Positions 37,349 through 50,065 of a stretch of 64,000 nt of DNA are shown here, one piece after another. This DNA is from Utricularia gibba (lineage: Eukaryota > Plantae > Magnoliophyta), in contig NEEC01000002.1 in assembly GCA_002189035.1 (NCBI GenBank), forward strand, positions 3,100,001 through 3,164,000. Reading direction: 5' to 3'. A model generated the notes under the pieces. That model did not search any database. It saw only the letters and a program-made list of their open reading frames with translations, and was not told where the DNA came from. The stretch's first letter is position 1; the number at the start of each line of letters is the position of its first letter. The position numbers and the translations under genes were made by a program.

Positions 37349-40300
37349 CTAGGTGTAGAATTTTCTTAGGTGTGATGCATTCCATGACCTTGGGAATTCC
37401 ACGCCATCTAATTGTTCCAGACGATACGCTCCTTTCCCGATTACCCTTGAAATCCGATAAGGGCCTTCCCACTTGCGATTTAATTTCCCAACATGTCTCT
37501 GTGGTTGAATGCTTCGAAGCACCAAATCTCCATTAGAGAATTCCCTTGGGGCTACCGACTTGTTATATCTCTTCTTCGTTCTTCTCTGATGAGCCCCTAG
37601 TCGGCTATAGATACTTTGTCGTTTCTCTTCCAACAGCTCCAACTCCAGTTTTTGTAGGTCAGCGTTTTCTTCTTCATTATAATGTTCCACCCGGTAGCTT
37701 TTCAAGGTTAGTTCAATAGGGCATACGGCTTCTGAACCGTAAACCAATAAGAACAGGGATTCTTCCGTGGTGGTCTGAGAGGTGGTGTGATATGACCACA
37801 GCACTTCATCTAAGCGATCTTCCCATGACCCTCCAAAATCTTCAAGCTTAGTCTTCATTCCTAGCCTGAGCGTTCGATTCGTTACCTCTGTGAGACTATT
37901 GCTCTGCGGGTGATACACCGAGGTGAAGTTGTGCTTGACCGTATATTTATTTAGGAATGCCTCCATTCTTCCTCCAGTGAATTGGGTTCCATTATCGGTC
38001 ACTAGTTCTTGAGGGATTCCGAACCGGATGAAGATATTTCTCCACAAAAATCGAATAACGGTTTCCTCTAATATTTTTTCCACGGCTTCAGCCTCCACCC
38101 ATTTGGAGAAATACTCGACTCCCACGATGACAAATTTCCTTTGGCCCGCGGTTTGGGGGAACGGCCCCATAATATCCACTCCCCATCGATCAAACGGGCA
38201 TGAGAGTGGAAGAGAGGTCAGGCTATTTACCGGCTTTTTCGATGTACTCGCATGGTATTGGCATACTTTGCATTTCTTCACCATTTCGGTAATATCCCGC
38301 TCCATAGTTGGCCAATAATACCCGGTTCTCAAAGCTTTCCTGCATAAGGATCGTATACCGACGTGGCTGTCACATTCCCCTTCATGCAGATCGGTTATAA
38401 GTTCTTGAGAATGCTTTGCCCCGATACACCTCAAGAGGGGTCCATCTAAGGATCTACGATAAAGAATTCCATTTACCAGTGTATATCTCTTTGCTCTAAT
38501 CTCTATCTGTCGGGCTTTGGATTTATCAGATGGTGTTTCTCCATTTCGTAGATACTGGACGTAGGGTGATGTCCAATCATCAAGATGACTCAGCTGTGGA
38601 GAGATATCATTTCCTGGTTGCTGGGTAATATAATTCACGGCTCGAAAGGTCACTGAAGGTTGATCCTTGCACAAGTCGTGAATCGGTGTAGACATCGAGC
38701 TCCGCCACTCCTAGTTCCTTGGCAATTTTCATTCCTTCAATCAAGGCTTCATACTCAGCCATATTGTTGGAGGCCGGGAATAAGAATTTCATCATGATAT
38801 AAATGTGTTCCCCGTCCTGGGTTCGGATGTCTATTCCTCCTCCAGCGCCGTTGTACGTCGAGCCATCAACGTGCATGGCCCATCGGTCATTGGCTTCTTC
38901 AAAATGGTCTATAGGCCTGGTCATTCCGACCACAAAATCGGCAAGAGGTTGGGCCTTGATTGCTGTTCTCGATTTAAACTCAATATCCATTGTACTCAAT
39001 TCGACCGCCCATTTGGCAACTTTTCTGGAAATCTCTGGTCGAGATAGGATATTCTTCAGAGGCTGATTGGTGAATACCACGATATGCCGATCTTGGAAAT
39101 ATGACCTCAGTTTTGTGGCCGCCATCTTCAGGGCCAAGATAAATTTTTCTGTCATCGAATACTGGGTTTCAGCCGGTAACAGAACCTTGCTCACATAATA
39201 CACCGGAAGGTGTTTATCTGCCGAGATGGTTGTCAAGACTGCGCTGACTGCAACGGGTGATATAGACAGATACAGTCCTAAGGGCTCTCCTGCTTTCGGA
39301 GCCACAAGAAGCAGGGGTGATGAGAGATACTCCTTGAGTTTTTCAAAGGCAATCTGGCAATCCTCGTTCCATTCTAAAGAATTTCCCTTTCGCAAGACCC
39401 TGAAGAATGATGCTGACTTTTCGGCTGACCGAGATATGAAACGACTGAGAGCAGCCAATTTAACCGTGAGACTCTAGTATTCCTTGATCGTCCTGGTGGT
39501 TGCATTTCGCATATTGCCTTAATCTTCTCAGGGTCAACCTCGATTCCTCTCTCTAATATGTAATGCCCCAGGAATTTTCCACTTCGCACCCCGAAGCAAC
39601 ATTTCAGTGGGTTGAGTTTTAATCCGTATGACCGACACAAAGAGAAACAAGAATCCAAATACGCTAAGTGGTCTTCTTCATTCATAGATTTCACGATTTT
39701 TTTATCGTCTACATATACCTCCATCGAGGTACCGATTTCAAAAGAGAATATTTTATTTACCAACCCTTGATAAGTCACCCCAGCATTCTTTAAACCGAAA
39801 GGCATGGCCACGTAACAGTAAACCCCATCCTTGGTGTAGAAGGTGGTTTTTGGTTGGTCTCTCTCGGCAACAAAAATTTGGTGGTATCCCGAATAGGCAT
39901 CCATGGTGCTCAGGAATCGAGATTTGGCAATGGCGTCTACTAGCTTGTCAATCTTTGGCAAAGGATAGGGGTCCCTTTCGCAGCAGGCGTTGAGGTCGGT
40001 GAAGTCAATGCACATCCTCCATTTTCCCCCGGGCTTCGGGACGATGACTGGTGATAACATATATTTTTGAGTGACTCAATGCATGGAATTTACTCATGTT
40101 GTGCTACAAAAATTATGCTTTATTGCCTAGTTTTATATTTTTGCACATAAGTACCATAGTAGTGTCAATTTAGTCTTAGTTGGGACTAAATCGCGATTTA
40201 GTCCCAATCTTCTAATAGTTTTATTTGAGTAATGCAGTGCAGGTCGCAACACAAATCCCAAGGAACCGAATATGCACAGTGTAGTGGTAGAAGATGAGTT

Positions 40301-43300
40301 CAAAAGTCTACAAATTGATACAGACAAAATCCAAGGAGGGAAAAAGGGAGATTTTGGACAAAATGAGGGAAAGTTGGAGAGAGAAGGCAGATCTCCTCTT
40401 GGAGACTCACGAACAAGTTTTTGGAGATTTTTCTGGAGAAAGAGGAAGGAGGGGACGACGAACCAGAAGAACACAGCTTCTTTTGAGAAATTATCTTCGT
40501 TCTTCATGTTTACTGTTCCTGTGTGAACGAAGTATTTGTCCTACTTTTGCTTCATATTGCTCGTTGTTATTTAGCATTTGTAGTCAAGATGTTGCTTAAT
40601 ATCTGCTATGAAGATGTTTTACTTTCCATTACCATGAGTAGCTAAGCACTTAGAGGGGGGTGACTTGGGGTGAAGAGGGGAGAAATATGCTAATCCATCC
40701 TTAAACCTAGTAAATCATAAGTCACACTACTTCCTTAGCAAACCAGAATATATCCAGGAGGGGGAGGTAGTGGAACCCAACTAACAACCCTAATTAGAGG
40801 TAGACCAAAGATTAGGGGGAAAAACAAGAATCCGGGTAGACCTAGATCTTGTGAGTTAGTTGTATGATTTTTGATTTATGTGAGCTTGTTTAGTGATAGG
40901 TATACATCCTTTAGGAGTCCCAAGGCATCACTCATTCCATCCCAGAAACTACCAAAGCCCAAAACTTGTTACTTTTCCTTACTGCATTCCATCGTAGTTC
41001 TGTTTTATTCCTAGCTAAGACCAATTTTACCAACATGACACTGATTACATGCATTAACACTCACATAGCAAGCACCTGCTCTTCGTGTTCGACCCTAATC
41101 ACTATGCTCATAATTGTTTTATGCTTGAAGGTGTATTAGGTTATAAATTTATTTGATAGGAAATTTTGCATTTACGACGTGTGAATTTTTCGTTTATCAA
41201 GTGGGTTGGATACCCACTCGGAATATTGGATCTCCTTCACATAACCGGCTTCCAAGAGTTCCCCTGTTTTTTCTTTGATAATAAATGCCGTTGCTTCTGC
41301 CGAACTGGTTTTGCCCCTGGATAGGTATCAATGTGATGCTCGACAACGGATCGATCAATGCCTAAAAAGTCTGCAGCAGTCCAAGCAAAAATATCGGCGT
41401 TCTTCATCAAAAGTTCAACTAACCTCTTCTCAAATTCGGTGTCCAGATTGGCACCAATGCGGGTTGCTTTCTGCGCCTCTTCTGGTACTAGTTGCACCAA
41501 CTTGTACCCTATTGGTTCCATTGCTTGTCTAGAGGGTTCTCGGGGTTCCTTTTCTACCATCATCACTCTCGGCTTTTTTGCGCAGGGGTCTCGGTAGGGA
41601 GATACATAACAGGACCGAGCGGCTGGTTGGTCGATGTCCATCGTGCAACCCCTCGATGTCAGGAATTTAATTTTCAAATGCACAGTGGAGGGTATCATAC
41701 CGAATTGGTTGATGCCGGGTCGCCCAAGGATGATGTTGTATGATACCTCTAAATCTAGGATTAAGAATTCCAACCTCTCGGTTCGGTTCTGCCCTGCCGC
41801 CCCGAATGTTACAGGCAGGGTTATTTTCCCGATAGTCTGCACGGCCCGCTGATCGAAGGCGTATAACTCCATGCGCACGTGGTGGATGTTTCCCTCGTTG
41901 GATGATGCCAGTAACTCGGCTACTTCCTTCTTCATGATGTTGCAGGAGGATCCTTGATCAATAAGAATCCTTCTTACCTTGGTGCTCCCGCATATTCCTG
42001 ATACCACCAAAGGTTCATCTCTTGCGGCTGGGGCGACTGGGACGTCTTTGCCGGAGAAGCTGATCTCTTCTTTTTCCCAAGCAGTTTTCTCAGTCAGACC
42101 ATTTCCGATCTCGAAGACTTCTCCTCTTCTGGCTTCATCCAAATATCTCTTCCGCGCTTTTCCGGATACATCCATTTCGGTCCCTCCGGATATCACATGG
42201 ATTTCCCGAATGTAGGGGGGACTGCCTTGCATTGGGTGTGAATTCCGAGAATTTTCCGGTATGTCTTGTCCTCCTCCGAGATTCGGTTCCCTGTTGGCTT
42301 TCGGGTCTTCCCTCAATGGTTTTGGGGGAACTTTGGATATCGGTTACCTTCATTCCCGGTTCGTTCGTTACGTCCTCTTTTTCGGTCCGTCATCGATGCA
42401 GGGTTTCGTATCGCGTTGCTCATTCCCCCGCCAGCATGATATTGCTCGATCATCCTCTTCATTACTCGGCAGTTGGCAATATCATGCCCGCTGGTCTTGT
42501 GTATTTCGCAGTAGGCATCTGTTCTGGTTGGTTCCACCTGATATATTTCACGGCGCTTGTTCGACCTGGGCCCCCGGTTATGTCGGGTCTCTTGCTGCGG
42601 GCTCGGATGGATCTCCACGCGGCTTTTCATCTCGGCCCTGAGGTCGTCATCAACTCGGATGTACTTTATGATTTTCCTTAGCAATTCTCCGAGATTCTTT
42701 GGCGGGGACTTTGATAGACTCTGTCCCAATTTCAATGTTCCTAAGGCCCGTTTCATTATTTTCACCCTCTCCTTTAAATCCAGCTGGACGTCTTTCGCTT
42801 GGCAGTTAAATCGATCGATGAACCTTTGAATAGAGTATAAACTCTCTTTTCGGTGGTGATACCGAACAGAGTATAATGCTGCCTTTGAAGGTGGAGCTTC
42901 GATGCTGACAGCGTATCGGGTAGTGAAAAGCAGCACTAACTCTCGATAAGATGCCACGCTGCATGGTTCTAACTGTTTGAACCAAGTCTTTGCTCCTTTC
43001 TGGAGCGAGCAAGCGAATAGCTTACACTTCATGGCCTCTGAATGTCGAACCGTGGACATCCTCATATCGAAGTCGGTTACGTGTGATATAGGATCCCCTT
43101 TTCCGTCGTACGTGAGTAATCCGTCTGGGACCCTGAATCCTCTCTCGGGTTCTTCTTCGACTAAATCGTCCGAGAAGGGGTCAAAACGCAGCGTTGTGGT
43201 CCCAGCTACTCCCTCAACCCCACTCTTCAAGGCCAAGGCGATGTCGGCCAGAACATCCCTCTCCCGGTGAATACGTTCTGATCGAAAACGTCCCTGAAGC

Positions 43301-43733
43301 CCCTATCCTCTCTTCTTCCCGTCGATCTCTGCTTGTCGATAGTCTTCTCCTCTCGCGGATCTGGTCTAACTCTCTCTTCAGCTCTTCTTCCCTTTCTTTC
43401 AAAATTTTTCCAGCCATGTTTTCCCTATCAGTTCCTGGCTCGTATATGACTTGGTTGCGCCTCTTTCTTCGCAGCATCTCCTCCTCGGTTTCGGATTCAA
43501 TTTTCGTATCCGGGGGGTAATCGGAAATAAGAGGTTGCTTCTCCGTTCGTGGTGCAGTTTCGGGTGTTCCCTCCTGGGCGTTGGAGTTGAGACCTGAAGG
43601 TGCCCGGAGGTCGGCAAGGATTTCCATTAGCAGGGCCTTTCAGCTGCTCCCTGCTGGTGATCATAAGGCAGAGGTCTCGTGCGTCGGCGCTTCCGTCCTG
43701 AGCCGGGTCGGTGGCTGTGCTATTTTCCACCAT
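37349..43733 (-). pseudogene. gag-pol polyprotein of copy 2 (interrupted at 40052-41199)
   Basis: Gag, ILIDQGSS protease, RT (WRMCIDF, YVDD), aRH (WAMHVDGS), and integrase ORF 37349-38695 with HHCC, DDE and GPY motifs. Confidence 0.92.
40052..41199 (+). mobile_element. Solo LTR (1148 bp, Athila-like by motif) nested in the RT of copy 2
   Basis: TGATAA...TTATCA termini; 5-bp target duplication ACTGG/AGTGG; removing it restores the RT sequence seen in copy 1; contains ATGAGTAGCTAAG; no coding domains. Confidence 0.88.
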
Positions 43734-43789
43734 GATTCGTGATTAACGAGTGGCTCCTATGGGTTTCTCAAGTGGGGCTGTAGAACGTG

Positions 43790-43807
43790 GCCCCACGGTG
43801 GGCGCCA
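43790..43807 (-). other. Primer-binding site of copy 2
   Basis: Identical 18-mer to the copy 1 PBS, 4 nt from the LTR. Confidence 0.85.
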
Positions 43808-43811
43808 AATA

Positions 43812-44305
43812 TGTTACGGGTAAAATCGGTATCTGGTGGGAGGTTGATTTAAGGTGATAGGTGCGGTCGGGGATCTCGCGCTTATTCACGTTATTCACAG
43901 TTAGTTCAATTGAAGTAAAAATGGGCAAAGATTTTTACGTGGAAACCGCCGGAAAGCGGAAAAACCACGGAGCTACCGGAGTTCGCCAGAAAAGGTTTTC
44001 ACTCGATGGAGGTGGTGAAGAAGAGAATACAAGTTTTTTGAATCCTCTGGCGCTCGTCATAATTCCTTCTATTTGTAGGAGGGCTCAATCTGACCGAACC
44101 CTGACATCTGCAAATACGGGTTGCTTTCTGCAACTGCTATACGATCTCGCTTTTCAGATATCGGCCGCTTGTTATGCCGTAATTCGGCCGCTTGTTATGT
44201 CAGATTTCTGACAGATATCGGTCTATCGACTGACATTATCCCCTCAAAGTCCCCTTTTGGCAGCCTTTTAGGAACCGGTTACCCTTGACCGATTTACCCC
44301 TACCA
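43812..44305 (-). repeat. 5' LTR of copy 2 (494 bp)
   Basis: TG...CA termini; adjacent PBS; matches the 3' LTR remnant. Confidence 0.9.
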
Positions 44306-45229
44306 ATCTTGAAAGTCATTTTGGAAAATATGGTACACAAATTTCTTTTTATTTCTTTAAAGAACTATTTAAATTAATCTAAGAAAATTAAAATATTTAG
44401 AATATTATTTTAAAGCACAAACTTTTTGAAACTATATTGAGAACTTGTTTTCTACAGCGTCACTCCTGTTATAAAGATGTGAACATAAATAGTTGTATGA
44501 TGTTATTGAAATTTAATCATTTTCTCATTAGGTTGGATAACATTAGAGTGTAACTATAAATTTGATTTGTGATGGAAAATGCCTTTTTTTTTTTGTAAAC
44601 ATATTTCTCAATAATATTAAATGTTGCACCAACATAAAAGGAGCATAAAATTATATATTCTATTTTGCCAAAAAGGTTTTTGAAAATGGAGGAAATGAAG
44701 GGTAGAATTGATTTGTGGACAAAAAAATTCTTTCTTGCACAAAATAAAGAAAAAAGAACATCTAGCAGAAACTCGTTAAAAAAATGTTCGTGATGTTGAT
44801 TTTTCAAACTGGTTTCTTGTAAGTAAATACAAAGGAAAAAATATTTGCAACTTCTTGACAACTATTATCACCAATAAAGTAGAATAGGTTTATCATGTTA
44901 ATAATGCTACAAATTTAAATAATCCTCTATATGGATAGGGATAAGGACTTGTGAACAAAGTTATTAAATTCATTTAATAAGAGATTACCAAGGCTTTGAG
45001 TTTCCAAGGGAATATGATGATACACAAAAGGTTAATTTGGTAGATTTTAAAGAGTTTATGGATAATTCACTCATCCCATATTTGAATTACTTGTTTTTGA
45101 GCCTATTCTATTTCTTAGTTTTGCATTTTTATATGATGAATTGCCCAAATGTATTTCTCATAAGTGATCACCCAATTTTACCTCCACTCTCACCTTGATC
45201 TTTTTTCATAGTCAAGTTCACTAAAAATG

Positions 45230-45920
45230 ATATTCATTTAATCGTTCATGGATTAATCTGCTTTTGGAAGTGAAAGAAAATATCAAGAGCTATACATTTT
45301 AGATTCTACTTTAATTCTAAAATTTTGAGCATTTATAGTCATGTATAGCAAAATTTACAACTTTACAAAAAATTTTTTACAATGGTCAAAATGCAATACA
45401 CAACCACAATGAAGATTTTACATTCTGATAATGGAGAAGAATTTATGAAAAAAAACTCTTTTAGAATGTATATTTTCTCTAGGAGTCATTTCTCAAAATA
45501 CATACTAAATACACCTTAAAAAAATAGAATCATAGAAATAAAATATCTACATCTTTTGAAAACTTCCCAAATTTTATATTTTCAATCTAATTTACCTTGA
45601 GAATTTTGGAATGATTATATTCCAATAGCTACTTACATAGTTAATTGTCTTCATGCAACAACTTTATGTTGGAAAACACCTATTTATATTTTATTGAATT
45701 CTCCAATTTCATATTTCCATATGAAGGTTTTCAGATATTTTTATTTTAATGTTATAACTCAGATACACATACATATTTTCTCTTTGTGCCATTAAATATG
45801 TTTTTCTCAGGTTATCCTCCAAATCAAAATTGTTACAAACAATATGACTTTGAAATCAAGACTACCTTTGTTTCTTGTGATGTTAAGCTTTTTGAGTCTT
45901 ACTTCCCATTTAAGTATGGT
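45230..45920 (+). mobile_element. Decayed Ty1/copia integrase fragment
   Basis: FFTMVKMQYTTTMKILHSDNGEEF and LYFQSNLP*EFW...ATYIVN...WKTP...MKVF resemble copia integrase core motifs. Confidence 0.6.
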
Positions 45921-47062
45921 TTTCCTCAATAATTAAATATACTAGAGCATGTATTACCTTTGATTTTTGATTCAATCACTATCTCCCTACCAACTTTTTT
46001 AATTCTATTATTATTTCTTTATAATCTCTAACTTATATTCCAAATCCTCTTCTCCAACAAGATCCACAAAGATGGATTCTTTTAATTCAACTCTATCACT
46101 TACTCCATCAATCATACAACTTCTCTTTCTATTATATTGGATGGATTTCACACCACTTTTTCTTCGATCAACACACCTAGTACCCCAAGTGTTGTAATGG
46201 CATAAACAACGACCTCAACAAACTACTTCTCCATAGAATTCAAAACGAACGATATAAATTGAAAATCGTATTGTTACTCCTCACAATACTTATTGATTGA
46301 TACCTCATATTTCCAAGTACAACGATATTCATGCCAATGGGTCTAGTGGGTAAGTTTGGTGGTAATGTAACATCGATATGGTTGAGACAATATTGCTTAT
46401 CTAATGCTATATACACAAATTTCAATGATGTTACATAATTTTAGTGCTCAAGATGATTGTAATCTATGTAGGAGTTCAAGATACCATAGAAGGCAATTTA
46501 AAAGAACATTTAGGTACAGTAATAAAATATATCATTGTCACCTTGATATCATAAATAATTCAATAATATAAGTAGAGAATACAATATATTCTCACTGATC
46601 ATAATATATATTCACATACATGGTTTTTTTAACTATTTCCTTAGAGTACACTAATTTATACCCTATATATTGATTATAATTATAGTAGAAGCTATATCCT
46701 TTACATCTTTGACAATATGATAGCAAATTGAAGTAAGTCATGGCATCCACATCTTTAACGATCTGAGGCACTGGAACTTATGGCCTACATGTATTATTCA
46801 ACCCCCAGGGGCATGACGCTGAGTTGGGGTTTCAGAATCGGCGTACAATATTTATATGGATTGTGGAAAAGCAGGGGAGAACGGAGGCGCGTGGTAAGTG
46901 GATTAGCCGAAGTTTGGCCATGTTCCCGCCACAAGCCAATCCAAATTACAATTATGTCCTCGTGGCCCTTCTCCTGGCTTCTTCCCAATGTTAGTTAGCA
47001 CACTCAAATTCGGGTTTTATTTCATGTCAATGAAACCTAATTCTAATGAATACACACCTGGA

Positions 47063-47092
47063 GGGAGGGGGTGGGGGTGGGGGTGGGGGTGG
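47063..47092 (+). repeat. (GGGGGT)n G-rich tract upstream of VIT1
   Basis: Four perfect G5 runs separated by single T, plus flanking G runs. Confidence 0.8.
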
Positions 47093-47293
47093 TGTATGTT
47101 ACTTTCGTGTCAATGCCAAAGAATGATGAGCCTCTTTGTTTGCATTTGGGACCATCCGATTTGGGAATCTTGATGAAAATCTTATTTTTAGCTGTAATTT
47201 TTCTTTTTCTTTTTCATTTTTAACCGGGATAATCGATCAGCTTTTTAAATGGCAAGTATTTAATGCCTGATTCGAATATCCGCATGCTTATCA

Positions 47294-48754
47294 ATGGCGC
47301 CGGAATCTCAGAATTCCCTACTGGACCGTCACGAGGAGAGCCATTTCACGTCCAGCGAAATCGTGCGCGACATAATACTCGGGGTCTCCGATGGCCTCAC
47401 AGTTCCCTTTGCCCTTGCCGCGGGCCTCTCCGGCGCCGATGTCACCTCATCGGTGATTTTAACCGCCGGACTGGCGGAGGTAGCCGCCGGCGCCATCTCT
47501 ATGGGCCTTGGAGGGTTAATATTTTCAGTTTCCTTTCGGATCTCCTTCGAATAAAATCATTCCTCTCTGATTCTGAAATTTCTTGCAGTTATCTCGCCGC
47601 CAAAAGTGAAGCAGATCATTATATGAAGGAATTGAAACGGGAAGAAGATGAGGTTAACGCAGTTCCTGATACTGGTAAGTTTCTTTTCCACATGTCCGCG
47701 TATTAGCGTCTTTTCTGCCGGGCCTACGGAAGCATCTAGGTCGTCTTCAATATGCAACATGTGATGATTTATTGAATTCGACTTCCGATGCGACTTGCAG
47801 AAGCCGCAGAGGTTGCAGAAATTCTCTCAGAGTATGGGATTCAGCCTCACGAATATACTCCAGTGGTGAATGCCCTGAGGAAGAATCCCAAAGCATGGGT
47901 TGATTTCATGATGAAGTAAGCCACCACCTTCTCCGAGCAATATGTTTTTGATGAATCTATTTACACCATAACAAAAACATCTTAGGAAGCTGCTGGTTCA
48001 TCTCCTTTCACCTAGTGGTTCTTTACAATAGTTCTGGTTCATAGATCAGCGCTAAGCTATGGCTCCTGGGGCTAGTTTTTGTATTTCCATGCCGCAGAGT
48101 TGCCCCATGCTCGTGTTCCTGCGTCACAGATTACTGGGATTATGCCTCACCCTGTGATTTCTTTACAACTTCTTTACAATTACTGCGTTACTGGTTGTCG
48201 CATGTGCATCCTGAGTTGCTGTCACATGCTTATGGAACCTAGAAAAAGATAACTAAAATATAAAAATACATCTTATCTGCTTCCCCCACACCCCTTCTTC
48301 ATCCCCTTCCCCTTGTCACGAATCTTTCTTCCTTGAAACCTTTTCTCTTGTATTTTTCTGCATTGAAGAAGCCCCTGAAGAATATGGTAACTGAGGCCCC
48401 TCTTTCTGCTTTGTTTGTATGCTCTGATCAATTGCGTTTCCACGTTTTTACCGCAGATTCGAACTGGGATTGGAGAAGCCGGACCCCAACAGGGCCTTCC
48501 AAAGCGCTGTGACGATAGCGCTGGCTTACATAACTGGAGGGGTTTTTCCCCTGCTCCCCTACATGTTCATCACCAGCAGGATGAAGGCTGTTCTAGCCTC
48601 GGTGGTACTGACCCTCCTTGCCCTCCTAGTTTTCGGCTATGCGAAAGGCCGTTTCACTGGCACCAAGCCATTCAAGAGCGCTGTGCAAACCATGGTGATC
48701 GGAGCACTTGCTTCCGCCGCTGCTTTTGGCATGGCGAAGCTTGTGCAGAAGTGA
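47294..48754 (+). CDS. VIT1: Vacuolar iron transporter 1, 239 aa; exons 47294-47514, 47589-47674, 47801-47915, 48457-48754
   Basis: VRDIILGVSDGLTVPFALAAGLSGA, AISMGLGGYLAAKSEADHY, WVDFMMKFELGLEKPDP; GT-AG introns in phase; exons total 720 nt. Confidence 0.95.
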
Positions 48755-48879
48755 AGAAACCATTTATCGCTCTCCTCCACTCAGGGGCGTGCAGTCCTCG
48801 GTTGGTGTTCAGTTTTTGTTATGTCTTGTGTTCATCAGCGCAATATCTGTTTGCGTCTACTGATCTCTTAGATCCCAAG

Positions 48880-49076
48880 AAGTTCTTTGGCAATCATGGG
48901 GCCGCATTCTCATTCTACAATCATAACAGAGAATGCTAATTCTCTTGGACTCTGTTCATAACTGAGAATGCTTTTGGCATGGCGATAACGGGGCCCCATT
49001 CTCATTGTGATGCCTCTATTGTGACTGGCAATCATGTGGCCCCATTCTCATTGAATGCTGTGCAAACTATGGTGAT
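48880..49076 (+). repeat. Mosaic of short duplications downstream of VIT1
   Basis: Copies of the CDS 17-mer (48721-48737 at 48969-48985) and 20-mer (48680-48699 at 49057-49076, 1 mismatch), plus three GGCCxCATTCTCATT units. Confidence 0.8.
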
Positions 49077-49399
49077 GCTGTGCTAAAGGTTCAAGCCTCA
49101 AGTGTTGTGTGTGTGTGTTATTGGTTATTTCAACAGTAGCACTTTCACATCCCAAAATGAATGCAGAACTGGCAAAAAATATCGAGAAGGAACTTGTGTA
49201 GAAGTGTCGTACCCGAGAAACAGCTCCACGGTGCTTGTGGATTCAATGGAAATCAACCCAAAATGCCTGGCTCCATCAGTAAGATATGCTCAGCCTGCGA
49301 ACCCAAAACGCGTGTAGCACAGGGCAGTACAACAATTAATAAGTTGCACGAAGAGCATACATTCTCTCTACAGAAATGCAGTATTTGTATGTCAGGATT

Positions 49400-50065
49400 C
49401 TGAGAGACAAGAGATCTTCGGCTTGCTGCCTCAGTTAACTGAGTTTCAGCACCATCATCTAGAGGTTCATCTTTGAACTCAATAGCTTCATGATTGGTCG
49501 TTTCCAGAGTTTCTAGAGGCTCATATGTGACTATCGTACCATCTTTGTGTGCAGGCTCACAATCTTCAGTTTTGTCGCTACCATTTCCAGCGAGACGCCA
49601 ACCATGTTCCATGCCGTTCGCATCTCCACCACACAGAAAGAAAGCATCAGCTGCTGGTTCTTTCTCCATTCCCTTCAACTGCTGTCTCAACAGTATCAAT
49701 TCCTTCTGTGACTTTCGCTGGTGCTGTCGTCGGGGCTCTTTCACAGGGTGTTTCTGTGGAAGATTCTGAAGCGGCATTTGTCTCCCTCACAAATGGTTCG
49801 TTCGCAAATTGCCAGCAACCCGTATCTGCTTTTTTCTGAAATCCTGGATTTGAAACATGTTTTACCACATCACCCTAATGCAAACGGGAAACAACGAAAA
49901 TACCTCCATTAATATTGAGCTGGCGGACAAAGCTGGGACGCTAGGCAAGCAATGGGCAGCAAATTTGAATTCATTCCATACGATAAACATATCATTCAAG
50001 TCAGCATTCGTTGACTCCCGTAACATTTAACCGCGAGAGGAGGCAACGAAACCCCATAATCCAAC
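49400..50065 (-). pseudogene. Heat-shock transcription factor pseudogene (HsfA8-like)
   Basis: Successive frameshifted blocks: PPLAVKCY, FIVWNEFKFAAHCLP, SFVRQLNING, a GT-AG intron at 49903-49844, GFQKKADTGCWQFANEPFVR, ELILLRQQLKGME, NQQLMLSF, GWRLAG...DGTIVTYEP. Confidence 0.65.

Larger units (their letters stand above)
33532..44305 (-). mobile_element. Ty3/gypsy Tat-clade (Retand-like) LTR retrotransposon, copy 2, with a nested solo LTR
   Basis: 5' LTR 43812-44305, PBS 43790-43807, the same domain order and antisense gene as copy 1, and a truncated 3' LTR 33532-33827. Confidence 0.93.

Noticed and set aside
49253-49777. 174-aa minus-strand ORF as an independent gene
   Set aside because: Explained as one frame of the frameshifted Hsf pseudogene.
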